A stretch of DNA of 64,000 nucleotides from an uncultured Gammaproteobacteria bacterium (GCA_963764725.1 CAVXTM010000011.1:224001-288000), one strand, 5' to 3'; shown: positions 48,380 to 56,503, numbered from the stretch's first letter. Program-made: numbers and translations. The notes: a model not told the origin generated them from the letters alone.

Positions 48380-50890
48380 ATGTTCAGGACCGCCTGGCGA
48401 CAATTCAAGCGCGATACCCGCTCGGGGGAGTTGCGCCTGGCGACGCTCGCGTTATGCTTCGCCGTCGGAAGCGTGACCACGGTGGGATTTTTTATCGACC
48501 GTGTGCGGCTGTCGATCGAAATCCAGGCGAGCGCGCTCTTGGCGGCGGACCTCGCGGTCGAATCCCCCTATCCCCTGCCGATCGCGGTCGGCCATCGAGC
48601 AGCTGAAATTGGCCTTGCGACCAGTCACACCGTCGTGTTCCGTAGCGTCGTGGCGAAGGGAGACAAGCTGAAGCTGGTCGAAGTCAAGGCCGTCGATGCG
48701 GCCTATCCTTTGCGCGGCCGGATCGAGACCGCCCTCGATCCCTCCGGTTCTTCCTCGCACGCCGAGAGGGGACCGAGCGCGGGGAACGTGTGGGTAGAGG
48801 GCTCGTTGCTGCCGCTCCTAGGTCTCAAGCGCGGCGACACCCTCGCGATTGGAAAATCCGAGCTTGCCGTCGCCGCCATCCTCACGCTCGAGCCGGACCG
48901 CGGCGGCCAGGTTTTCAATATCGCTCCGCGGCTCATGATGCATCTCGACGACGTGGCGGGGACGGGGCTCGTCTCGGCCGGCAGCCGCGTTACCCACCGG
49001 CTATTGGTCGCGGGTGACAAACAGCAACTACGGGCTTGGCGCGACTGGGCCGAACCTCTGGTCGGCGAGCGCGGCCGCTTCATCGCGGTGCGCGATGCCC
49101 GCAGAGAGCTGCGCTCCACCTTGGAGCGCTCCGAGCAGTTCTTGAGCCTTGCCGCGCTCACGAGCGTCATCCTCGCCGGCGTGGCGATCGCGATGTCGGC
49201 GCGCCGCTTCGCAACGCGGCATCTCGACGGCGCCGCGGTGATGCGCTGCCTCGGGGCCACCCAAGGCTTGGTGCTGCGGGTCTTCGCCGTCGAGCTCGGG
49301 ATCCTGGGTATTCTGGCGAGTCTTGCGGGCGGCGCTCTCGGCTATGGGGCCCAAGCGCTGCTTGCCGAGGTCCTGTCATTCTTTGCCCCGGGGCCGCTGC
49401 CTCCACCCTCGCTCTGGCCGTTAGTCTCGGCGGGGCTCACGGGCATCATCGCGCTCCTCGGGTTTGCCCTGCCACCGCTCATCGCGCTCAAGGACGTACC
49501 GCCGGGGCGAGTGTTGCGGCGCGATCTCGGGCGTCTCAGAGCGCCGGGCGCCGGGGTTTACTGCGCCGCAACGCTCGCGGTAGCCGCGCTCGCCCCTTGG
49601 CAGGCGGGGAATGTGAGGCTAACTCTCTACGTCTTAGGAGGCGCGCTCGGAACCGTCGCTGTGCTGGCGGGCGCGGCGTGGTTGCTGGTCCGCGCTCTGG
49701 CGCGGCTGCGCACCCGGGTCGGCATCGCCTGGCGCTTTGGGCTCGCGAATATCACTCGCCGCGCGGGGGGCAGCGTGGTCCAGATCGTCGCCATCGGGCT
49801 TGGGATCATGGTGATGTTACTTCTCTCCCTGGTGCAGTCAGACCTGGTCGCCGATTGGCGCGCCAGCCTCAAACCCCAAGCGCCCAACCACTTCATCGTT
49901 AACATTCAACCGCACGAAGTCGAAGCCTTCAAAGACTTCCTCAAAACAAAGGGACAGGTTGAACCCACGCTCTATCCGATGGTGCGCGGGAGGCTCGCCG
50001 CCATCAACGGCCGGCCGGTGAAAGCGCGCGACTATCGCGATCCGAACGTACGCCGGCTCGCGCAGCGGGATTTCAATCTTTCTTGGGCCGCGGTCCCCAA
50101 AGCCGACAACCGCATCGTCGCCGGCCGTTGGTGGGAGAGCCGTGCCGCGGAGACCGACCAGTTCTCGGTGGAGGAGGGGATCGCGGAAGATCTCGGGATC
50201 CGCCTCGGGGACCGGCTGACCTATCAGATTGCCGATCAACGGGTCAGCGCTAGGGTAAGCAACCTGCGTACCGTGGACTGGGAGTCGTTCACGGCCAATT
50301 TTTTCGTGATCGCACCCCCGGAATTGCTCGATCGGCTCCCCGCCACCTACATGACCAGCTTCTATCTGCCGGCGGGTGAGAAGCGCTTGCTGCACCTCAT
50401 CGTCGAACGCTTCCCCGGCGTTACGGTCATCGACGTCGCCGCGCTCATGGACAATGTGCGCGGGATCATCGACCGCGCCAGCTTGTCGATGCAATCAGTA
50501 TTCATATTCACCGTGATTGCAGCCATACTGGTCCTCATCGCCACCATTCAATCGACCCACGATGAGCGCCGGGCCGAGAGCGCGCTGCTGAAAACCCTCG
50601 GCGCGAGCAGCCTAAGGATCGTGCAGGGGCTCACAGCCGAATTTCTCGCCTTGGGCCTGGTGGCGGGACTGCTCGGCGCCGCCGGCGCCACGCTCGTCGC
50701 CTATATCTTGGCCGTCGCGGTATTCGATTTCGACTACCGCTTCAACCCTTGGCTCGTGCCGATCGGCCTCTTTGCGGGCGGGATATCTGTCGCCCTCGTG
50801 GGCGTCCTGGCCACGCGATCTTCACTTCGCGATCCGCCCATCGCGACCTTGAGGAAGTCTAGGGGATGGCTGATTCATAAGTGGTCGTGA
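48380..50890 (+). CDS. ybbP: ABC permease YbbP (FtsX-like)
   Basis: 836-aa duplicated FtsX architecture, KAVDAAYPLRG, APNHFIVNIQ; follows ybbA. Confidence 0.9.
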   Translation: MFRTAWRQFKRDTRSGELRLATLALCFAVGSVTTVGFFIDRVRLSIEIQASALLAADLAVESPYPLPIAVGHRAAEIGLATSHTVVFRSVVAKGDKLKLVEVKAVDAAYPLRGRIETALDPSGSSSHAERGPSAGNVWVEGSLLPLLGLKRGDTLAIGKSELAVAAILTLEPDRGGQVFNIAPRLMMHLDDVAGTGLVSAGSRVTHRLLVAGDKQQLRAWRDWAEPLVGERGRFIAVRDARRELRSTLERSEQFLSLAALTSVILAGVAIAMSARRFATRHLDGAAVMRCLGATQGLVLRVFAVELGILGILASLAGGALGYGAQALLAEVLSFFAPGPLPPPSLWPLVSAGLTGIIALLGFALPPLIALKDVPPGRVLRRDLGRLRAPGAGVYCAATLAVAALAPWQAGNVRLTLYVLGGALGTVAVLAGAAWLLVRALARLRTRVGIAWRFGLANITRRAGGSVVQIVAIGLGIMVMLLLSLVQSDLVADWRASLKPQAPNHFIVNIQPHEVEAFKDFLKTKGQVEPTLYPMVRGRLAAINGRPVKARDYRDPNVRRLAQRDFNLSWAAVPKADNRIVAGRWWESRAAETDQFSVEEGIAEDLGIRLGDRLTYQIADQRVSARVSNLRTVDWESFTANFFVIAPPELLDRLPATYMTSFYLPAGEKRLLHLIVERFPGVTVIDVAALMDNVRGIIDRASLSMQSVFIFTVIAAILVLIATIQSTHDERRAESALLKTLGASSLRIVQGLTAEFLALGLVAGLLGAAGATLVAYILAVAVFDFDYRFNPWLVPIGLFAGGISVALVGVLATRSSLRDPPIATLRKSRGWLIHKWS

Positions 50891-51090
50891 ACGAAACAGG
50901 ACCGGCCGCGCGGTGGTCTTCACGCGGCGCGGCTGGCGGCCAGGCAACCGCAAGAAGAGCTTTGGAAGCTTCCATGCGAGACGGTAATTAAACTCGGCCT
51001 CGATAGTCGAATCATCCGATTCGTCATGAGCAACCACGCGTGAGGTGGGGTTGATATATCTATAAACGCGCTCGTTAAGGTTACTATGTA
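50864..51090. repeat. Diverged direct repeat copy 1 of the integron platform (attI-upstream) region
   Basis: Shares GTGAACGAAACAGGACCGGCCGCGC, TCCGATTCGTCATGAGCAACCA, GGGGTTGATATATCTATAAACGCGCTCG and TAAGGTTACTATGTA with 51261-51452. Confidence 0.9.
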
Positions 51091-51138
51091 TAACGCTAGT
51101 TAGTATCCTGTCCCGATAGAAGCTTGCATACGTTTTAA

Positions 51139-51223
51139 CCCCTTCTCCCTCCGGGAGAAGGTTGGATGGAATCACGGTGTTAACCCCTTACCCTAGCCCT
51201 GAGGGAGAGGGAATTTTCATAGT
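51139..51223. repeat. REP/MITE-like palindromic element
   Basis: CCCCTTCTCCCTCCGGGAGAAGGTTGGATG...CCCCTTACCCTAGCCCTGAGGGAGAGGGAATTTTCATAGT; related to 2710-2786. Confidence 0.65.
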
Positions 51224-51260
51224 CGCTTTTTATGGAAGTTATTTAGGGGACACTACATTA

Positions 51261-51452
51261 GGATGGGTCGGTTCATAAGCGGCCGTGAACGAAACAGGAC
51301 CGGCCGCGCCTTCACTTCGAATTGCCGTCGGCCGAAGCTCCTTGCGAGACGGTAAACTCGGCCATAATCGAATCTTCCGATTCGTCATGAGCAACCAGGC
51401 GCGAGGGGGGTTGATATATCTATAAACGCGCTCGCGCTAAGGTTACTATGTA
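51261..51452. repeat. Diverged direct repeat copy 2, adjacent to the putative attI
   Basis: Aligns to 50864-51090 with indels. Confidence 0.9.
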
Positions 51453-51520
51453 CATAAAACGAGTTTACAAAAGTATAAACTGTTTCTATACGTATAAACG
51501 AGGTCGAATTCTAGTTGTGC
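51453..51520 (+). mobile_element. Putative attI site (AT-rich, crossover G|TTGTGC at 51514)
   Basis: GTTGTGCGTCAT (51514-51525) is 11/12 complementary to ATGACGCCCAAC at the end of cassette 1. No attC hairpin precedes it. Confidence 0.7.
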
Positions 51521-51527
51521 GTCATAG

Positions 51528-52190
51528 ATGACTACCACCGTTGAGGTCATTTCCGTCGGCGCTGCTGCTGTCAGCGCTATTGGTGGCGCCCTTGCGGCGT
51601 GGGCTGCCCATAGGTCAGCCGTCTCTGCGCAAGAAGCCCAGACAGCAGCCTTTGACGCGGAGAGGCGCGCCGGTCTGCGGCAGATTGGCCAAATAGCCTC
51701 TGAGCTTCTACTTGAGGGCCGCCGCGTAGAGTCAAGGGCGAATGAAACGAAGCTTGCCTATCAAACGCTTTTCGCCTTCTCCGGATCTACCGGCGGTTCA
51801 CGCCAGAAACTGTACATCTCGCAGGTGGATGAGAAGTTGAAGGGTGCCGAAAAGCGCATTGAATACGCCAAGCTTTTCGCACCAGAGCCAGCCAAGCTGA
51901 AAACGATCCCACTTGATGAGATCGATCGGGTGCAGACAAACGTGCTGGCCACGCTCACTGAAGTACGTGCTCTACGGGAGGATTTCGAGCGTGAATATGC
52001 AGGAGTTGAAGCTCAGTGCAACGGAACGTCATTACAGGGCTTCCGCGCTAATGACGCCCAACAAGGCGCTCCACGCGACGCCCTCGCCCTCCGGGCTCGG
52101 TCGGCGCGCGTGAGCGCCAGCGTTAGGGGTTGCGGGACACCGTTATGCGGCATGACGCGAAGATCACTAGCCAAGAACCTGATGGGATGA
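51528..52190 (+). CDS. Cassette 1: hypothetical protein (N-terminal hydrophobic helix plus coiled coil); ORF reads through attC1
   Basis: ATG 14 nt after the crossover. An out-of-frame TAATGA just before attC suggests the original end was near 52053. Confidence 0.65.
   Translation: MTTTVEVISVGAAAVSAIGGALAAWAAHRSAVSAQEAQTAAFDAERRAGLRQIGQIASELLLEGRRVESRANETKLAYQTLFAFSGSTGGSRQKLYISQVDEKLKGAEKRIEYAKLFAPEPAKLKTIPLDEIDRVQTNVLATLTEVRALREDFEREYAGVEAQCNGTSLQGFRANDAQQGAPRDALALRARSARVSASVRGCGTPLCGMTRRSLAKNLMG
52056..52128 (+). mobile_element. attC site 1 (73 bp)
   Basis: R'' GCCCAAC, L'' GGCGCTCCACGCG / L' CGCGTGAGCGCC (one extrahelical base), R' GTTAGGG. Confidence 0.92.
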
Positions 52191-52858
52191 AGGGCAAATA
52201 TAGTTGCCCTGAGTGTCGCCGACAGACCAACCATTCCGTTCTCTCAATCGTGAACTCCAACCACTTTGACGAGAGCGGTTTTGTCCAATTTTGGGACCAC
52301 TACTTGACGGTACGTTGTGACGGGTGCGGGACAGTCAACTTCTGTCACGTCGCAAAGTGCAGCGAAAACGAAGACTACACGGAGCAAGGCACGCCGTTCC
52401 TCGTTCAAGAGAAAAAGCACTATCCGGAGGCGGCTCCCGCGCCAACAGCAACTGTCTACTTCGTTGAGCAAAGCCGCACAGACGGGATTGACAGCCTTCC
52501 GAAAGGCAACTACGACAGTACAAAACTAGGCCAACTTTTAGTTGAGCTTAATCGCGCGTATAACGCGCACTCGTACTTTTCATGTCTGCTTCTGGTACGG
52601 GCTATTGTGGATCACGTGCCTCCAATATTCGGCCAGGCCACTTTCGGCGAGGTCGCAAACAACTACGCGGGTGGCGGCCGGTCTTTCCGCGAGTCTATGC
52701 AACATCTGCACAACTCCTGTCGCAAGTTGGCAGATAGCTCGCTGCACACACAGATTCGCGCGAAGGAATCGGTGCCCACAGTTCAACAGGTAGAGTTTCG
52801 TGCGGACGTTGACGCACTTCTTGGGGAGGTCATTCGTGTTCTACGTGGCAACCCCTAA
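52187..52858 (+). CDS. Cassette 2: Zn-ribbon plus helical HEPN/DUF4145-like protein
   Basis: CPEC...CDGC; ELNRAY...LVRAIVDHVPPIFG...RKLADSSLH. Stop codon lies in the attC R'' (TAAC). Confidence 0.6.
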   Translation: MKGKYSCPECRRQTNHSVLSIVNSNHFDESGFVQFWDHYLTVRCDGCGTVNFCHVAKCSENEDYTEQGTPFLVQEKKHYPEAAPAPTATVYFVEQSRTDGIDSLPKGNYDSTKLGQLLVELNRAYNAHSYFSCLLLVRAIVDHVPPIFGQATFGEVANNYAGGGRSFRESMQHLHNSCRKLADSSLHTQIRAKESVPTVQQVEFRADVDALLGEVIRVLRGNP

Positions 52859-52918
52859 CAAATGCTTTGAGAGGGACGCGGCAACAAAGCGCCGCGCCCC
52901 TCAAGCATACCGTTGGGC
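52853..52918 (+). mobile_element. attC site 2 (66 bp)
   Basis: R'' CCCTAAC, L'' ATGCTTTGAG / L' CTCAAGCAT, R' GTTGGGC. GCAACCCCTAAC is a perfect complement of the cassette start GTTAGGGGTTGC. Confidence 0.92.
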
Positions 52919-52936
52919 AGCGCAGGTTAGGACGAC

Positions 52937-53515
52937 ATGCAACTGAATCCGAGAGCGTTGCATGGGACGTGGGACGACGGCCGCGTTCTGGATCGGCACG
53001 TCAGCAGCAGCGAGTTCATCGGGTACAACGAGTACGGACACCCCCAGTTCGAAAGCACTCGCACGGAGCTCGGCGAGCTGCTCTACAGGCTCAAGTACCG
53101 AGGCGATCAATCGGCTGTCGGGCCAATTGCCAAGGCTGCGAGTGACTTCGTTCGCAGCTGGAACCCCGGGATCGACGTCATCGTTCCTGCATCTCCCAGC
53201 AAGAGCCGGACGGTCCAGCCGCTCTTCCAGATCGCCGATGAACTCGGACGGCTGCTCGAGTTGCCAGTGGACAAGACGAGTGTGCGGAAAACGAAGGCAA
53301 CACCTGAACTAAAGAACGTCGACTACGCGCAACGCGTTGAGTTACTAAAGGAAGCGCACGCACTCGAGGGCGAACGGTTGAGGGGCCGATGCGTTCTACT
53401 CCTCGATGACCTTTACCAGTCTGGCGCGACGATGAATGCGCTGGCTCGTCTTCTCAAGGAATCCGGGGGCGCTTCCGCGGTTTTCGTCCTTGCGTTGACC
53501 AAGACCCGGAGCTGA
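52937..53515 (+). CDS. Cassette 3 gene A: ComF-like type I phosphoribosyltransferase
   Basis: GELLYRLKY; PRPP-binding loop VLLLDDLYQSGAT. Confidence 0.88.
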   Translation: MQLNPRALHGTWDDGRVLDRHVSSSEFIGYNEYGHPQFESTRTELGELLYRLKYRGDQSAVGPIAKAASDFVRSWNPGIDVIVPASPSKSRTVQPLFQIADELGRLLELPVDKTSVRKTKATPELKNVDYAQRVELLKEAHALEGERLRGRCVLLLDDLYQSGATMNALARLLKESGGASAVFVLALTKTRS

Positions 53516-53517
53516 TC

Positions 53518-54135
53518 ATGGAAGCGGTGTTTCTCGGCGGTTCACGACGGATCTCTCGGCTCAACGACGGCATCAGGTCTAAACTTAATGGCCTCATTGA
53601 CCGTGGCCTTTGGTTCTTTGTCGGGGATGCTAATGGAGCCGACCGTGCCCTGCAGCAACATCTAGCAGATCGGGGTTACGAGCGGGTTGTTGTCTACGCG
53701 GTAGCCGGATCACTTCGCAACAACGTCGGACACTGGAAGGTTTGCCTTGTCGACCCGCCGAAGGGAGCCCGTGGGTTTGAATTCTATTCCGCGAAGGACA
53801 AGCAGATGGCCAATGATGCCTCCTATGGCCTCATGCTTTGGGACGGAAAGAGCCGCGGAACGCTTGAAAATGTTCGCAACCTACTCGTGCAGCGGAAGCC
53901 GGTCGCGGTGCACTTTGGCCCGGAGCGTCGCTTCGTCAGTCTCAGGTCGGGAGAAGACCTCCATAAGCTGGGTCTATCGCTGAAGATCGAGTCGCATCCC
54001 CAGCATGACCTTCCATTCTTCGGCACCCCGGGCACTGCCCAACAAGGCGATGCAGCTGACGGCCGTGGGTCTTCGCTGTCCGGTCGGCCCCAGCCAAGGA
54101 CACGGCGTTCTGCCAGCACGCGTAGGATGCGCTGA
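53518..54135 (+). CDS. Cassette 3 gene B: SLOG (Smf/DprA/LOG)-like Rossmann protein
   Basis: VFLGGSR, VGDANGAD, KDKQMA, WDGKSRGT, KPV. The tail after ~54040 is attC read-through. Confidence 0.75.
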   Translation: MEAVFLGGSRRISRLNDGIRSKLNGLIDRGLWFFVGDANGADRALQQHLADRGYERVVVYAVAGSLRNNVGHWKVCLVDPPKGARGFEFYSAKDKQMANDASYGLMLWDGKSRGTLENVRNLLVQRKPVAVHFGPERRFVSLRSGEDLHKLGLSLKIESHPQHDLPFFGTPGTAQQGDAADGRGSSLSGRPQPRTRRSASTRRMR

Positions 54136-54193
54136 GGTACGAAGCGCATCTGTCGAGTGATCCGCGACTGATGCGCCCCTCCTAACGTCGGCA
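54037..54193 (+). mobile_element. Decayed attC site 3 (left arm intact, right arm degenerate)
   Basis: GCCCAAC-AA-GGCGATGCAGCTG. GCACTGCCCAAC is 11/12 complementary to the cassette-3 start GTTGGGCAGCGC. No clean GTTRRRY. Confidence 0.65.
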
Positions 54194-54217
54194 CATTCTA
54201 CGATTATTTACTGCCTC

Positions 54218-54298
54218 TTCACGGAAGAGCTGGACTTCATCATCAACTACGACATCAAATATCGCATGGGCCGCAGCGCGGAGGGCAGGGACGGATGA
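54218..54298 (+). pseudogene. C-terminal scar of a type IIG-like restriction-modification/methyltransferase gene
   Basis: Encodes FTEELDFIINYDIKYRMGRSAEGRDG*, a terminal motif I recall from Eco57I-like R-M proteins. Its stop overlaps the next ATG. Confidence 0.6.
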
Positions 54299-54633
54299 AA
54301 GTGCCGAGCGGCCACATGGCCGTGATCGATCGGGAGAAAATCACCGACTATCTCCTCAACCCCGTGCATCCCGACAATGGTGGCAAGGCCGTTTTCTTCC
54401 AGTCGCTCGGCTTCAGTGGGGAGAACTGGACAACATTATCCGCGGCTTTTCGCAAGCTCGTTGAGATAACGGAGGTCACTAAGAGCGTGGAATCGCCGCA
54501 CGGTTGGAAGTATATTCTGGACGGCCCCATCGACCCCCCGAGCGGCAAGTCGCCATTGGTGCGGACAATATGGATAGTAGATCGGGGACAGAACGCGCCG
54601 CGACTTGTAACGGCCTATCCGTGCGAAGAATGA
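54295..54633 (+). CDS. DUF6883-like protein (putative toxin/nuclease)
   Basis: KITDYLLNPVHP..GGKAVFF..LGF, G.KY, TIWI, PRLVTAYP. Confidence 0.75.
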   Translation: MKVPSGHMAVIDREKITDYLLNPVHPDNGGKAVFFQSLGFSGENWTTLSAAFRKLVEITEVTKSVESPHGWKYILDGPIDPPSGKSPLVRTIWIVDRGQNAPRLVTAYPCEE

Positions 54634-54642
54634 GAGCAAGCC

Positions 54643-54873
54643 ATGATTAAAGAACTTGACCGAGTGGTGCTGACAACGACCGTCCCCGGCGAAGGCCTGG
54701 AAGCAGGTGATGTGGGCACGGTGGTACACGTGTACCGGGACGGAATCGCCTTTGAGGTGGAGTTCACGACGCTCACGGGCGATACCGCCGCTGTCGTGAC
54801 TCTGGAAGCCTCGCAGGTCCGACCCGTGGGCAATCGCGAGATTACGCACGCCCGCGGCTTAGCTGCCGTTTAA
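54643..54873 (+). CDS. DUF4926-like protein (putative antitoxin/immunity)
   Basis: IKELDRVVL, GLEAGDVGTVVHVY, FEVEF. Confidence 0.8.
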   Translation: MIKELDRVVLTTTVPGEGLEAGDVGTVVHVYRDGIAFEVEFTTLTGDTAAVVTLEASQVRPVGNREITHARGLAAV

Positions 54874-55051
54874 GCGGCGCCGCCCGGGAATGTGGAGTCC
54901 CACGCCATGCAGGTGGTAACTGCGTTGACACCACTATACCTGGATCACAGGCTTTGATAGCCGCGATCGAGACGGCGCTAAGCGCGTCAAACAACGGAGC
55001 GCGTTAGGTCGCGGAGAGACGACAAAATGAAATAAAAGGAGATATTAAGTT

Positions 55052-55636
55052 ATGTCTGATCCATTGATCCGGACAGCTACAGCCGTCGATGCGGAGCAGT
55101 GCGTGGCCGTTCTGACCCTCGCTTTCAGCAGTGATCCTCCTTGCCGCTGGGCATGGCCTGATCCGCAACAGTACTTGGAGGCGTTCCCCCGCTTTGCTCG
55201 AGCATTCGGCGGCGGCGCCATTGATCTTGGAACTGCCCACTATTATACCAGTTTTTCTGGCGTCGCCTTGTGGCTGCCGCCGGCTGCAGTGCCAGATGAG
55301 GAATCCCTGGTGAGGGTCATTCAGGATACGGTAGCCGCTGCACGGAAGGACGCGATGTTCGCGATGTTCGAACAAATGGATTCCTACCACCCTGGTGAAC
55401 CTCACTGGCATCTCCCACTCATCGGGGTCGATCCAGCGTGCCAGGGTCGGGGAATCGGTGCAGCGCTCCAGCGTCACGTCTTGGAGCAGTGCGATCGCAA
55501 ACAGGTGTTGGCCTACCTTGAAGCGACAAGCCCGCGCAACGTTCCCTTATACGAGCGGCTCGGATTTAAGGCGCTAGGCAGTATTCAAGTGGCGGATGCG
55601 CCACCGATTGTTCCGATGGTGCGCAAACCACGCTAA
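55052..55636 (+). CDS. GNAT N-acetyltransferase (puromycin-acetyltransferase-like)
   Basis: HWHLPLIGVDPACQGRGIG, AYLEATSPRNVPLYERLGF; AAGGAG RBS. Confidence 0.9.
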   Translation: MSDPLIRTATAVDAEQCVAVLTLAFSSDPPCRWAWPDPQQYLEAFPRFARAFGGGAIDLGTAHYYTSFSGVALWLPPAAVPDEESLVRVIQDTVAAARKDAMFAMFEQMDSYHPGEPHWHLPLIGVDPACQGRGIGAALQRHVLEQCDRKQVLAYLEATSPRNVPLYERLGFKALGSIQVADAPPIVPMVRKPR

Positions 55637-55699
55637 GGAACCTCTGCAAAAGCGGATCTAGGTCGACTTGCAACCCCGGGGATGATAGGTGGCCGGCGG

Positions 55700-56503
55700 C
55701 TAGGGCAGGTCTGTCCCCGATTGTCCGCCAAATGCAAAGAAGCGCGTGGCTTGCGCCAGCCAGATGCAGGTGGCCATGCGGCCGGTGAGGCCATCGCGCC
55801 GGTGCGAGAAGAAGCGGTTCGGCTCGTTGTAGGTGCAATGCTCACCTCCGTAAACGCGGGTTACTCCGTACTGTTCGAGGAGCATACGCGCGGCCGCTGT
55901 CAGGTCCAGATACCAATGGCCGGCGCTCGTCGGTTGGAAAGCAGCCGCGAGCGGCTCGGCCAGATCGGTAAACGCCTCGCGCACCTCCTCACCGACTTCG
56001 TAGACCGTGGGACCGATCGCGGGTCCGAGCCAAGCTAGGAGGCGCGACGACGGTCGTTGCATGGCTGCGATGCCGGCGGAAATGATCCCGCGCGCCATCC
56101 CGCGCCACCCGCAATGTAGCGCCGCCACGCGCGTACCGTCACGGTCGCAAAGCAACACCGGCAGGCAATCGGCCGTGAGCACAGCGCACACTATGCCCAC
56201 CGCCGAGGTACAGGTGCCGTCGGCCTGCGGGCCGGCATTCGGGTCGACTGGGTCTATCACCCGGGCGCCATGTTGCTGTTCCAACCAACGCGGTGGAGCG
56301 CCGGTACCCAAAGCCGCATAAAGCGCATTGCGGTTGGCGCGTACCGCCACAGGATCATCCCCCGTGTGCTCGGCGAGGTTGAACGAATCATAGGGCGCCA
56401 GGCTCAAGCCGCCCGCGCGCGTCGTCGCACAGGCGCGAACGCCACGCGGCGCTGGCCAAGCGGGCGTAATCGTAATCGGACTTATCGCCGGAGCGTCCTG
56501 CAC
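55700..56503 (-). CDS. pgeF: Peptidoglycan editing factor PgeF (YfiH)
   Basis: TTRAGG, LEQQHG, LTADCLPVL, HCGWRG, FFSHRR. Confidence 0.92.
   Translation of the reverse strand: MQDAPAISPITITPAWPAPRGVRACATTRAGGLSLAPYDSFNLAEHTGDDPVAVRANRNALYAALGTGAPPRWLEQQHGARVIDPVDPNAGPQADGTCTSAVGIVCAVLTADCLPVLLCDRDGTRVAALHCGWRGMARGIISAGIAAMQRPSSRLLAWLGPAIGPTVYEVGEEVREAFTDLAEPLAAAFQPTSAGHWYLDLTAAARMLLEQYGVTRVYGGEHCTYNEPNRFFSHRRDGLTGRMATCIWLAQATRFFAFGGQSGTDLP

Noticed and set aside
51443-51462. Possible LexA box in the integron platform
   Set aside because: TACTATGTACATAAAACGAG does not fit CTGT-N8-ACAG.
52142-52148. Extra GTTATGC core site just inside cassette 2
   Set aside because: No associated attC arms. 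The cassette boundary is already fixed by the perfect 12-bp complement at 52122.
52937-53515. Calling this the competence gene comF
   Set aside because: It lacks the ComF zinc finger and sits in a cassette with a SLOG partner, not in a competence context.
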